This document shows positions 35,833-47,057 of a DNA stretch of 64,000 nt, piece by piece (the stretch's first letter is position 1; each line of letters opens with the position of its first letter). The DNA is taken from contig NW_008246093.1 of assembly GCF_000281045.1 (NCBI RefSeq), positions 638,561 through 702,560 on the forward strand, in the 5' to 3' direction. Below the pieces are notes generated by a model. It made no database searches, was not told the origin of the DNA, and saw only the letters and a list, made by a program, of their open reading frames with translations. Source of the stretch: Saprolegnia diclina VS20. Its lineage: Eukaryota. The position numbers and the translations under genes were made by a program.

Positions 35833-36215
35833 GCGACTGTTTTTTAATTCTTAGTTAACGTTTTGTGGCAACCTCGGTCCCACAGGTTACTCACAGGCGG
35901 CTATCAGACCTCGTCGGCAGCCCAGCTGCGCGCGATCATCGCCTGCCGACATCGCAGCCTCGTCTTCGTCGTCGCGGGGCCGGCGCGGTGGCTCTTGTCG
36001 GCGCTGCCTTGGGCAACAAAACACTGTTTGCAACCAGTGGAATGTGCATCCACTGGGCCGACGAGTAATATCGGAACCCGGGCAAGCCTCGGCGTTGTAT
36101 TTTAAAAACGGAGAACTTGATATGTGTAAGTAGAATAAAACGTCAGAATAAAAAGAGGATTGGAATGGCATATTTGTTCCCGATCTTGGTGGCGAGGAAA
36201 CGCTTTCTTGCTGGC

Positions 36216-37301
36216 ATGGGCGGGTGTCTCTCGACGGCCGCGCCGCCACCGCAGGCGCCAATCGACGTCGATGGCATCGCGCTCGCTGAGGCCTCGCCGA
36301 CCAAGCCGGAGCCGCCACGCTACGCGGCGACAGCGACGCCACCGCCCTCGCCTCCGCGGTCGCCGGTCGCCGACTGGGGCACGTACGCGCAGCTCGAGCC
36401 CTTCAAGCACACGTTCTGGATCGACCCGGACGAGATCATCCGCGTGCGCACGATCCCGAGCCAGTACATGAAGACCGAGATCGGCAGCTACATTGGCGAG
36501 CCCGTCTTGCTCAAGTCGTTTGACGGCAGCGGCGACGACGTTGCGTCGCGCCGGAAGCTCCTCGTGTCGGAGATTCTCTCGATGGCCAACATTCGCCACC
36601 CCAACATCGTCGCCTTCCTCGGCTTCAACATCACGCCCGAGCATGGCCTCACGTGCGTCTCCGAGTTCGTCGACGGCAAGACGCTGCGGTACCTCCTCGA
36701 CCTGCCACGCACCTCGTCCAAGCTCACGTGGGCCAGCGAGAAGATCTCGATCGCGATCGACATCGCCTCGGCCCTCGCCTTCATGCACTCGCTCAAGCCC
36801 ATCGTGATCCACCGCAACGTCAAGGCCTCCAAGATCCTCCTCACCGGCGACCGAACGACAGCCAAGCTCAGCGGCTTTGGCGTCGCCCGCGCGCGGACGT
36901 ACGAGGCCGAGATGACGTCGCGCGTCGGCGACGTGCCGTGGTCGGCACCCGAGCTCGTCCTCGACGGCGGCGACTACACGGAGCAAGTCGACGTCTACTC
37001 GTTCGGCGTCGTCCTCACCGAGCTCGACACGTGCGCAGTGCCCTTCGCCGCCGAGATGGCCGAGCTCGGTATCGCCGAAGTCACTATGCAGCTCGTGACC
37101 GGCGCGCTGCGCCCCAAAGTGTCGCCCGACTGCCCCAAGAGCATCGTCAAGATCATCAAGCAGTGTCTCCAGCTCGACGCGACTCTCCGGCCGCGCAGCG
37201 ACAAGGTCGTCGAGATGCTTCTCGCTGCTAAGGACGAGCTCCTCGCACGGCCGCCACCCCGAAGCGCGGACCCCACGGCGACAGTCGCGCTCTCGCCCTA
37301 A
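36216..37301 (+). CDS. TKL-family pseudokinase 3 with N-terminal MGGCLS
   Basis: Same substitutions; Pro-rich linker after the acylation motif. Confidence 0.9.
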   Translation: MGGCLSTAAPPPQAPIDVDGIALAEASPTKPEPPRYAATATPPPSPPRSPVADWGTYAQLEPFKHTFWIDPDEIIRVRTIPSQYMKTEIGSYIGEPVLLKSFDGSGDDVASRRKLLVSEILSMANIRHPNIVAFLGFNITPEHGLTCVSEFVDGKTLRYLLDLPRTSSKLTWASEKISIAIDIASALAFMHSLKPIVIHRNVKASKILLTGDRTTAKLSGFGVARARTYEAEMTSRVGDVPWSAPELVLDGGDYTEQVDVYSFGVVLTELDTCAVPFAAEMAELGIAEVTMQLVTGALRPKVSPDCPKSIVKIIKQCLQLDATLRPRSDKVVEMLLAAKDELLARPPPRSADPTATVALSP

Positions 37302-37446
37302 GAGACGGAAGTGGCATCTGTAGGATAGACGACTAACTATAACGATCAACGGAGACGTACATTGCATATATGGTACCCTTGCCCAACCTACTTTAGTCGC
37401 GTCAGTCGAGTCCGACTACGTAACCGCGACTGAAACAGTCAATGAG

Positions 37447-37964
37447 ATGCCCAGCGACCGCTTCCACAAGTTCCTCGAAGCGCGGCAGCTCGTGCTGCAC
37501 TCGGCGTCGGGCGTCGGCGTCCTGGCCGCGCCGCACCTGAGCCTCCGCGCGTACAAGGCCCGCAACGCCGCACCGTCGCTCTGGAAAGGCATGAGCCGCG
37601 TGGCCACCGGCGCGACCGTCGACCGCCTCCGATCGGTATACTGCCTCTCTCGTCCAGCTCACGGCGTCTGTAGATCCTCGGCGCAAAGGACGACGACCGG
37701 TTCGCGTCGGTCGTTGTCGACGCGCGCCTCGACGTGCCCATCGCGATTCACGCTGACGCGCCCGATGTCGCCGAGAGCTACACGCACGCGACGCGCGGCC
37801 TCAAGCCCGTGGCCTTTCCGCCCTTGACCCACGCGCTCCCGCATGCGCTCGCCCACCGCCGAGCGTACGACGAGCACATTCTGGAGCTGCGCCGCGAAAT
37901 TGACGCCGCCGCCGGCTTCCACGACGTTGCCACGTCATCGTCCGAGGTCCCAACGACCAGCTAA
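37447..37964 (+). CDS. Small hypothetical protein (2 exons; intron 37636-37673)
   Basis: A 38-nt GTATAC...TGTAG intron joins ORF 37447 to the 37734 frame; codon usage is GC3-rich. Confidence 0.6.
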
Positions 37965-38017
37965 GTCGTGTACAAAAACCAAAACCAAAAAACCTCAAAA
38001 TTGGACTTTACGAGGTG

Positions 38018-40042
38018 TTAACGCAAGTCGCGCAAGGTGGTATGGAGCAGCCGCCGGATCGGGATCACAGTCGGCAGCAAGCGCGTCTTCTCAGCGCGAA
38101 TTGTTTGGTCGATGACGTGGAAGCCGTAGACGCGAAAGAGCGGGCGGCGCAACACTGCGTTCAGCACGAGGAGCGGGTACTCGTTGACGTGCACGAGGTA
38201 CGCGTCGTCGACAAGGACGTAGCCGAGCAGCCAGACGCTCGAAGCCGAGACGTACGTCCAGCCGCTCACTGCCACGTACTCTTCGAGCGGGGCGACAAGG
38301 CCGTACGCTTTGCAGAGCTGTGTGTGCAGCACGGCTTCGATCGCGAGCGACGAGACATCTTGAAATGAAAATGTCCGCGCCGACGCTTGGGCCAATGGCC
38401 CAACCTTGCTCTTCGTCCAGGACGACGACCGCAGGCGGCGTGACGTGCTCTGTGACGCAAATGACCGGACGCCGTCCCCATCGTCCGAGCGGAGACGAAG
38501 GCGGTGCATGTAGCGCCACGTCTTGCAGCGTCGCGCGTCCATATCGAGCATGTTCCAACCCTTGGCAGCAAGAGCATACACAAAACAAATGCAAATCGCG
38601 ACGACCCACCACGTCATCTGCGCCGCGACCACAGCAACGTTGGTGTCAACGTTCTCGTGGATCGTCCAGAGGTCCATGCCGTCCACGTTGGCCTCGAGGA
38701 TATTGGCGAGGTAGTTGGCGGCGACAAACGCGTCGGCGGCTTCCACGTCCAGGCCCAGCGGCGACCGCACAATGGCATCGCTGAGCTCGTAGCAAATGAG
38801 GTAGACGCTCACGGCGACCTCGAGGCGCAAGCGGATGCGCACGGTCTTGGCCAACGTGATCATGAGCCCGAGGTACACCATGAGCCCATCGGCGCGGACG
38901 ATGTCGGTCAACACAAAGCTGTTGGTCCAGCCGCAGCGGGCGTTGGCCGTGCAGAGCGCGAACTCGTAGAGGTGCCAGCCATTCGTGCTCACGAGCACGA
39001 CGAGGCAGAGCAGCGCGCGCAGCTGGAGGCGCGCCTGGACGCTGGGAAAGACGTCGGGCACCCAGACGACATGCTGCTCCATGTACAGATGCAGCGCGAC
39101 GAGGAGGGCGACAGCAAAGTGCACGAGGAGCGTGAGCCCCACGCCCATCGAGAGGAGCGCACGGACCCACGCGAACGCATCTTTCGACATGTCGGTCGTC
39201 AAGTACGCCACGACCGCTAAGAACTCGAATGGATCGTCCGGCAACGCCCAAATGTAGTGGTCGTAGTTGGCCTGCGTGCCATGCGCGACGCGGTAGATGC
39301 CCTCGGTGCCCGCGACATAGACCGTCTCGCCCGACCCGGCCAGCGTGCCCTGCCACATGCCATCCGGCGTCAAAGTCGGCGCGAGCGTGAGTCGCGTGAA
39401 CGCCGAGATGACGTACGGAAAGTCGAGCCCGACGCCGTGCACGTACGTGGCGCTGGGCGGCGATAATGACGACGGTACGAGGGGCAGCGACGACCAGGTC
39501 GCGACGCCGCAGGCCGTGCTGAGACGCTTTGTCGGCCGTTCGATGGCCATTGTCTGGAGGAAGAGCGTCGAGAGCGACGTGGCGTTCGCATCGACCCAGT
39601 GGACCTTGAGCGCCGTCGTGTCCTGCACCATCCGCGCCGTGTACGTGCAGTCGATGAGGATCGTCGCTGGCGGCGGCGCTTCCGGCACGGCGGTGAGGAT
39701 TTGCGGTAGCAGGTGGGCTAGGTACGGCGCCTTGTAGATGCGGTCGCCGGGCAGCGGGCTCGTACACTGTGACGCACTGAGGCCATACCCTTCTTGGCTG
39801 TCGTCGGCGTCGATATAGAGGAGGCGCGGGGCCGGGCCATGCACGGCCAGTGACGTGTTGGCCAACAGCGCCGCCACCACCAGTGGCATGAGGCGGCTCG
39901 TGTATTCGGACGAGGCCCGGAGCGGACCACGCGCGCCGACGAGGGTCGCGCGCACGGCCGCCGAACCCTGGAGCTCGATGAAGAGCACGACGACGGCCGC
40001 GACCAGCGAGAGGACCCGGCTGGTCTGCGTCGCCCAGCCCAT
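38018..40042 (-). CDS. Uncharacterised multi-pass membrane protein, family member 1
   Basis: N-terminal TM, ~280 aa soluble domain (IDCTYTARMVQDTTALKVH), about 5 further TMs and C-terminal YGLVAP...SSVWLLGY; intronless. Confidence 0.85.
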   Translation of the reverse strand: MGWATQTSRVLSLVAAVVVLFIELQGSAAVRATLVGARGPLRASSEYTSRLMPLVVAALLANTSLAVHGPAPRLLYIDADDSQEGYGLSASQCTSPLPGDRIYKAPYLAHLLPQILTAVPEAPPPATILIDCTYTARMVQDTTALKVHWVDANATSLSTLFLQTMAIERPTKRLSTACGVATWSSLPLVPSSLSPPSATYVHGVGLDFPYVISAFTRLTLAPTLTPDGMWQGTLAGSGETVYVAGTEGIYRVAHGTQANYDHYIWALPDDPFEFLAVVAYLTTDMSKDAFAWVRALLSMGVGLTLLVHFAVALLVALHLYMEQHVVWVPDVFPSVQARLQLRALLCLVVLVSTNGWHLYEFALCTANARCGWTNSFVLTDIVRADGLMVYLGLMITLAKTVRIRLRLEVAVSVYLICYELSDAIVRSPLGLDVEAADAFVAANYLANILEANVDGMDLWTIHENVDTNVAVVAAQMTWWVVAICICFVYALAAKGWNMLDMDARRCKTWRYMHRLRLRSDDGDGVRSFASQSTSRRLRSSSWTKSKVGPLAQASARTFSFQDVSSLAIEAVLHTQLCKAYGLVAPLEEYVAVSGWTYVSASSVWLLGYVLVDDAYLVHVNEYPLLVLNAVLRRPLFRVYGFHVIDQTIRAEKTRLLPTVIPIRRLLHTTLRDLR

Positions 40043-40110
40043 CTCTCTTTGTTGTCCACGGTTACACAAGCAAAACCCGATTTAGCTGCGTCGGTACTAT
40101 ATTCGCGTTC

Positions 40111-41769
40111 TTAGTAGCGCGCAATGGCGGCCGAGAGCTGTTGCATGGCCTCCTGCAGCAGCGCTTCGTCGCGCGACGTCATGACGAGCTCGTCCGTGTC
40201 CGTCTTGACAAAGCCGACCGCGCGCAGAAAGGCGAGGCCGCCGAGGAGCGACCCGACGCGCTTCTTGAAGGCTGCGTTGCCGCCGTTGATCTTCGAGTAC
40301 TTTTCAAACTCGGCCGGCTTTTCAAGCACGTTGCGCACGTAGATCTGGAGCGTCTTGAGCGCCGTGAGCCCGTCGCCGCCGACGCGGTACTGCATCAAGC
40401 GGTCGACCGCCTGGCGCATCTGCTCGGACGGCGAGAGGTGGCTCGTGTCGCCCGACGACGGCTTGGGCGGCGACGGTGCGGACACAGCCATGACCACGTC
40501 GCTCTCAAAGGCCGCCTTCTTGAGCACGCCGCCGTGGGCGCGGCGCTCGGCCTTGTCCATCTCGAGCTGCTTCAAGAGCCGCTCGCGTTCGAGCTTGGCG
40601 TCGAGCTTCTCTTTGCGCTGCTTCTCACGCAGCAGTCGCGTCTGAATCGCTTCGTACTCCTCCTTGGCCGCGTTCGCTTCCTTGCCCATGTTGCGTCGCG
40701 CAATCTCGCGCGCCACGTCGTCCTTCTTGGCGGCCTCTTCGCGCTCCTTGCGCTTGAGCTCGATGCGCTGCTTGAGCTCCTCAACCTTGGCGGCCTCCTT
40801 CTCGTCCGCCGTCAGCGTTCGCTTGTGGTGCTACGCACGCGCCATGAGTTGAGCTATGGCAGTGGGTAGAGCATACCGCCATGTCGATATACTGGATCGG
40901 CGCGTCAATGTCGGCGTCGTCTTGGTGCTCGTCGATCCAGTTGATGCACTGGTCGAGGTTGCCGTCGTTCGTCGCCAGCAGCGCCTTTCGAGCGCGGAGC
41001 TCCGGGAATCCCATCTCGACAAGCTAAACACGCCACATGAGATGCTGCTGCTAGATGCGACGAGGCATACCTGCGCGAGGAAGGCTTCGTTGACCGGCGG
41101 CAGCTCCATCTCGGCAGGGGCACTGCTCTCGTCGACGTTGGCCTGGGCCTGGGAAAGCTCCTGCTGCGAGAGCGCGAGGGCTTGCGCGAGCTCAGCGTCT
41201 TCAGCCTGCTGCTCTGCGGTCAAGGCAGCCGGCGCGGCGATCGGGGCAGGCGCGGCGACAGGCGTCGGGGCGGAGAAAGGCGTGGGCGCCGTCGGGAGCA
41301 AGTCGACCTGGTTGAACTTGCGCAGACGCGCTTCACGCGGGTCGAGGGCGACACCGCCACCCCCGAGCGAGACACCTTCGGACGCAAACGGGTTGGGACC
41401 GGCGGACGCGCGCCACTGCTCGATCTTGGACTGGAGCGTGTTCGGGTCGGCGCCGACCATCTCGTCGACCTTTTGCTTGTTGATGTAAAAGTGGAACGTC
41501 GGGAAGCCGCGGATGCCAATGCTGTGGATCAAGTCGTCGTTGTTCGCCTCGTTGACCTCGAGGAAGACGACGTCGGTGTACTGGTCGGCCATCGCATGGA
41601 AGCGCGGCTTGATCATCTGGCACGGACCGCACCTGCGCCAAGGCATGAGGCCTCGTCATGCAGGCTAGACCTACCAGGAGGCGGTGAAGTCGGCGACGAC
41701 GAGCTTCCCGCCGGCGGCGCGGTGCTTGGCGTCCCAGTCGCTGTTCCCGAACACTTCTTGCACGCCCAT
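40111..41769 (-). CDS. Thioredoxin-UIM-UBA-coiled coil-PUB domain protein (4 exons)
   Basis: DFTASWCGPC is formed across an intron. Also EDAELAQALALS (UIM), MGFP...ARKAL (UBA), and ALKTL..Y..N...P...KY.KIN..N.AF..V...G...FL..GF (PUB). Confidence 0.88.
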
Positions 41770-42502
41770 CGCTCGTTTGGAATTCGCAATATCTTGGTCT
41801 TTCCCCTCCGCCTAAGTGCGTTTCCCGACCAGGTGCGGCGTACTTTAAAGGACAAATGACGTGGCGTCGCACGGTTCTGCATGGCGAGAACGACAGCACC
41901 AAGCCGTGCGTGTCAGCAGGATGGCTCCAGCGTCTTCTGCGCAGGATCCCTAGAGAGCCACGGGCGCCAAGAGTGAAAATGGGCTTCGATGCGACGCTGG
42001 ACGCGGTCGTTTTGACGCGGTTGGGCCTTGCAGGCTCCGTAGATAACTCGAATGCATCCCGGGACCGAGAAACTTGGGTGCGCGTGGGCTGGCAGCTAGT
42101 CAAAAACGTTAGAGGATACCCAATAGACTATACGCTGCTAACTCGATCACGAACGCCCAACGTCAAATACAGTGTTGGCAGACAGGAACGAGTAAATATG
42201 GCTAAATGTGTCAATATGGCGTATGCCACAGTTAATGTTCGAAGCCGTAGCGCACGCTGTACGCTTCGCACGTCGACGTGACGCACCGTAGTATGCTCTA
42301 CAAAGTGTTCTCTATCACTGTGCTGAGTTTGAGCGATTTCATTTTTGATTGCAATTTCGGCCACCGACCCGCCTATCGGCGAGCGGAGCCGATTGCGCCG
42401 TGAAATGTGTTTTGATTGGCTAAAACCAGCTAATAAACAACCAATAAACTGTAAATGACGTGGCGTGTCCAAGTCACCTGGCCGTTGGAGTATATTTAGC
42501 TG

Positions 42503-44518
42503 ATGCCGTCGTGGCCCCGGGTCGTCGGGACCGCCCACCGATGCTTGGCGCTTGCCGCTGCGCTCTACGTTGCCATCTCAGCGCTGCGCAACGCGGCTGC
42601 TTGCAACGCCGTCCGACTCGGTGCATTCGAAGCGCCCAAGCTGGCCAACGTCTACACGAGCGGGCTCGTCCTGGCCTTTCTCCTTGACATCGCCGCCAAC
42701 AGCACGACAAGCTTGCCCCGCGCACCGATTCTGTACCTTAATGAAGGCGCGCAAGCGGCGCCATATACGATCCGCACCGACAGCTGCATGTCATATCTCG
42801 ATGGCTCGGACCTGCTCTACAATGCCTCGGTGGCTCTGCCCCTCGTCGCCAGCATTCTTCCATCCACGGGGTATTTAGTCGTCGACTGCTCGTACACGGG
42901 GCGGGTGCTCGGCGATACGACGGCTTTTAAGGTGTATGTCATCGACGAGCACACCGTCACGACTGTCTACGTCCAGACCATGGGCCTCCGCCGCCCCAAG
43001 GCGCCGTGGCAGACCTCGTGCGCTACGGCAACGGTGCTGTCGGCGCCGTTGGCATCGCTTTCGCTCCTCGAATCCAACGTCTCGTCGTACCGGTCGTTTG
43101 TGAGTCTCGGCTTCCCGTACGAAGTCAATAGTAATTTCCAAGAGGTCCTCCTCGACCCGATCACCGCATTCGTCGGGAGCTGGTCGGCCACGGTGATTGC
43201 AACAAGCGAGCGCATCGTCGTGGCGGGCACCGAGGGCATCTACCGCATATCACCTACCGTGCAAGCCAGCATGGATTCGTACGTCTGGCTGCTTCCAGCG
43301 AGTCCCGTCGACTTCATTCAGGCCACTCAGTACACGCAGGTCGGCCACGCCATCGACAAGTCCTTCGCGTGGGCGCGCTGTCTCTTGTCAGCGACCTTTG
43401 GCCTCCACCTTCTCTGGTACTTGGCCTTATCGGTCGTCATTGCTTGGCAGCGCTACCAGACCCACTCCTACCTCTGGATACCCGACCTCTACGCGTGCGT
43501 CTTGCTGCGTGCGCGGCAGTATACGCTTCTCTGGCTCTGCATCAGCGCTATAGACCGTGGCTGGGAGCTCCTCGAGTATGCAATAGCGACCGGCAATGCG
43601 CAGCAGGGGTGGAGCGCCACGTTCGTGCTGCCCGACATGGTGTTTGGCGACCTCTTGGTCGTCTACCTCAGTCTCCTCGACGCCGTCGCCTCCGTCGCCC
43701 ACGCCCGCCTTCACCTCCACGTCGCGGTTGTCCTATTTCTCGTCGGCTTTGTGCGCCAGGCAGAGCTTTTGGTCGCCGTCGACCTCGAGCGAGCGGCCGC
43801 CAGCGCCTTGCTGCGCGCCAACTACTTGGCCAACGTCCAAGTGGTCGCGCCGCCGACAAGTATGACGCTGTGGACGGTGCACATGTACCCGACGACGCCG
43901 ACCGCCCTTCTCGTCGCGAGTTACGCGTGGTTTTTCGTGGCTATCGTCGTCGGGTGCTGCTACATTGCGGCGCAGCGTCTCTACGAGCGATGCCGCAGAA
44001 GTAAAACCGGAGGCGCCGTCGAGCCGTCCTCGAGGACCGCGAGTTTGGCGCCCGCCATTGCAATCAAGCGGGCGAGTATCGTCCCATCGCTCTCGGCCGT
44101 CTGCGAAGCCAGCCACGAGACGGGCACTTCGCGGCGCGGACCAACCTGTGCGAGCTTGGCGCTAGCGTCGCAGCCACAACCGTTGTCATGGGCGACGGTG
44201 CTTGAGGCGGCGGTTCCGAGCGCCGCCCGAAATCTAGTCGGCCTCGTCGCTCCGACCACCGACCAGATAGGCAGCGAGCTCTCGCCGTCCGAGCTTTGGA
44301 GCCATGGCTTCGTGCTGCTGCGGCGCTCGTACCTCGTGTCAATCCACGACGTGGGTTGGCTGGCGCTCAACGTCCTCTGCGGACGCCCCGTCGCCCGCGT
44401 CTACGGCTACCACTTGCACGCATGTACATGCGGCCTCGAGCTGGTCGACGTCCTTCGTTGGTCGCAACTCTTGGAGCTGCACCTCGACGCACCGCGCCCC
44501 AGGGATCCGCAATTCTAG
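42503..44518 (+). CDS. Uncharacterised multi-pass membrane protein, family member 2
   Basis: Motifs VDCSYTGRVLGDTTAFK, AGTEGIYR, WIPDLY, ANYLAN and LWSHGFV. Confidence 0.85.
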   Translation: MPSWPRVVGTAHRCLALAAALYVAISALRNAAACNAVRLGAFEAPKLANVYTSGLVLAFLLDIAANSTTSLPRAPILYLNEGAQAAPYTIRTDSCMSYLDGSDLLYNASVALPLVASILPSTGYLVVDCSYTGRVLGDTTAFKVYVIDEHTVTTVYVQTMGLRRPKAPWQTSCATATVLSAPLASLSLLESNVSSYRSFVSLGFPYEVNSNFQEVLLDPITAFVGSWSATVIATSERIVVAGTEGIYRISPTVQASMDSYVWLLPASPVDFIQATQYTQVGHAIDKSFAWARCLLSATFGLHLLWYLALSVVIAWQRYQTHSYLWIPDLYACVLLRARQYTLLWLCISAIDRGWELLEYAIATGNAQQGWSATFVLPDMVFGDLLVVYLSLLDAVASVAHARLHLHVAVVLFLVGFVRQAELLVAVDLERAAASALLRANYLANVQVVAPPTSMTLWTVHMYPTTPTALLVASYAWFFVAIVVGCCYIAAQRLYERCRRSKTGGAVEPSSRTASLAPAIAIKRASIVPSLSAVCEASHETGTSRRGPTCASLALASQPQPLSWATVLEAAVPSAARNLVGLVAPTTDQIGSELSPSELWSHGFVLLRRSYLVSIHDVGWLALNVLCGRPVARVYGYHLHACTCGLELVDVLRWSQLLELHLDAPRPRDPQF

Positions 44519-44601
44519 TTGCAACCCGCCAGCAAGATCTGGGTCTGCCGGCATCCGGATATTGTGTTGGTATGCGGATACGCGGCAGTCGAGTTTTGGC
44601 G

Positions 44602-44985
44602 ATGCTTGGGGAGTTCGCTGCCGAGGCCGAGTCGCTCCTGGCCCAGCAGCAGAAGCAGCGCGCCGAGGCGACCAAGGGCCTCCAGATGAGCATGCTGCTC
44701 ATGGAGCAGCACCTCGGTCTGCAGGTCGACACGGCGATGGCGCCCGTTATGGCCAACCAGCAAGCGATCCAGGACGAGTGCATCGGCATGGCCAAGTGCG
44801 CAGTGCAGCTGCACCAAAAGACGGTGCGCTGGAAGGCCGAGCACAAGCGCTTCAAGGCGCAGCTGGCCGAGCTTGAAGGCTTCAGCAACTGGGCGGTGCA
44901 GAGCGCAAAGGAGATGGAAGCCATCAGCGGGAAGCTCGAGTACGTCTGCCACGAGCTGTCGCGGGCCGCCAAAGACGACGCATGA
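44602..44985 (+). CDS. BLOC1S1: BLOC-1 subunit 1 (BLOS1/GCN5L1)-like
   Basis: 127 aa helical protein with the BLOS1 signature NQ..I..E......QL...T..W.....F...L.E.....NWA.....M..I...LEYV. Confidence 0.78.
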   Translation: MLGEFAAEAESLLAQQQKQRAEATKGLQMSMLLMEQHLGLQVDTAMAPVMANQQAIQDECIGMAKCAVQLHQKTVRWKAEHKRFKAQLAELEGFSNWAVQSAKEMEAISGKLEYVCHELSRAAKDDA

Positions 44986-45046
44986 TAATACTATCTTGCG
45001 CGTTTATCTTGTTTTCCTAGCAGTACTACACTACGACACCCTGCCT

Positions 45047-46588
45047 CTATGCCAGCCGGATCGACCGCCCGATCTCGCGCAGCACGCTGTGCTCGGACCA
45101 CTTCCACGTCATTTCGAGAAGCTCTGTTGTCGGGTCAAATTTGGTCTCCTACGAACCGCGTCAGCAAGTTGATGCGGCGGCCAAGTGACGTACTACAGGT
45201 CCCGACGCTACGAGGTTGACGCCTGTCCGTTCTTCATACACGAGGCGCTGGCCAAACACCTACGCACACGTCCAGATCATTCCGCTTCCTGGGCCGTAGC
45301 ACCTACCGCGTACGCGCGGGCCGCAGGCCATGTGAGTCGCAGCGGCGTTAGCACTGGGAAGCCAAATGCATCATAGACCGTGGTGACGTCCAGGAGCTGG
45401 AACACGGTGGTCGGTCGACAGAGCTCGACCGTGATCGTGAGCGTCGGCGGCAGCGTCGCGGCGTTGTACGCATTGGACTTGGTCGCAGCACGGGCAGCTG
45501 CCATGGTGGCGAGAGCGATCTGAAGGTGCTCGACCACCCTTGTCTCGAGCTGGGCCAGCAGCTTGCCTACCACCCGCATAGCTCCGATTCTGCATGAAGA
45601 GGATCGTCGTACCGGCCAGCGCAGCTTGCACCGAGACGTAGTGTTTCTTGGCGGCCGACCGCTTCCGCTCGGCGTCTTCAAGGTCGGCAATCCGCAGCAC
45701 TGCTGCGTCGAGCTGGGCTTTGATTTCCGCGTTGCCCTTGGCATCAAATAGCGTCCGGGCCTCGATGCGCATCTGCGCTTGGAGCGTCGCGAGTGCCTGC
45801 GCCACGTCGGCCTTGTCCTGCGTGAGCTTTGCGATCGTCGCGTCCTTCTCCTTGGTGACCTGCAAGAGGGTCTCGTCGGCCTTGATGACGATTTCCTGCA
45901 CGCGCTTCCGCAATGCGGTGTTGCGGTCGGCGAGCTTGGTCTTTTCTGCAATCGCATTTGCCAAATCCTTGGCGGCGGCGTCGACCTGCTTCTTGAGCGC
46001 ATTCTCGGGCGCCATGAGCCGCGGCTTCTTGGTGGGCGGCGCCGTCGGGCGGTACACGCGCAGCATGATGGCCTCGCCCGGTCGCACGGCTTTGAGCTGC
46101 TCGACCACGTCGTTGAGCGCCATGGAGCCGACGTCGTTGACGCCGATGCGAAGGAGGCAGTCGTCGATGCGGAGACCTGCGCGGTCGGCGCTGGACGCGG
46201 GCTGCAGCGTTGAGACTTGGACGCCGCCCATGCCGCGCCGGGGTACAACCCCAAAGCCAAGAACGCCGTTCTCCTTGACGATGCGCAGGTCAATGCACTG
46301 CGGCGCGACGACGACGGCGGGCGGCGGCAAGGTTGCGACCAGCGGGTTCGGAAACAGGTGGACGTCGCCGGGCAGGATCGCCGCCAGTCCGGGCGAGACA
46401 GGCGCCGACGGCAAGAGGTCGTCGAGTGAGAGGCTCGGCAGCGGCGAAAGCGGCGACGGCACGAGCGACGGCGCTTTGGTCGGTGGCGACTGGCGCAGTA
46501 GGAGCGCGGACGAGAGGCTGGCGTCGCCCATAAAGTCCATGTGGCCACCGTCGGCGAGCGCAGCTTCCCAGTCGCCGCGGTCGTCCAT
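45047..46588 (-). CDS. PDZ-domain and coiled-coil protein (about 4 exons)
   Basis: PDZ signature K..GVLGF...GVQVSTLQPASSADRAGLRIDDCLLRIG...V...L.DVVEQLK, followed by a long coiled coil. The 3' exons are inferred from GT-AG introns. Confidence 0.72.
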
Positions 46589-47057
46589 GCTGCTGTGACC
46601 GCGCCAACCACAGAGCGCGTACTTAACTGAGCGGGCTTGTCCGCAGGCTAATTGCACGCAACCGAAACCGCGCTCTCCCGCCACTTTGGGAGAGAGACAG
46701 GTCTGTCGACAACGGAGCTTGGAGGTACCTACTCGACGCATCAGTGGAGGTTTCGCTGCAGCGGCAGTGGCCTTGCTAGACAGGACGCGCCACCTCGAGC
46801 CATTGCGTCTTGCTCCGAAGGACAGCCTTCTCTTCAAGCGAAGGCTGCGTCCGGTATGCCGTCGGTCCAACCGACTACTGCGTTCAATGTTGCGCTACGA
46901 CTACCCCCTGCAAGGCGTCGCCTTGGCCAATGCATATACATGGCGAGAAACTAAGTTCTGTCTCTTGTCTCGATCAGATTGGAATGGAGCAAAATTAGCT
47001 CAGACCCATCGGTAACGCCGGTGCCAAAAAGTACGAGGCGTCCATTTTTACAGTCGG

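Noticed and set aside
33168..37367. Long antisense ORFs (588, 460 and 421 aa) opposite the pseudokinases
   Set aside because: Shadow ORFs produced by high GC3 codon usage; no recognisable motifs. The same applies to antisense ORFs over the ankyrin, annexin and TM genes.
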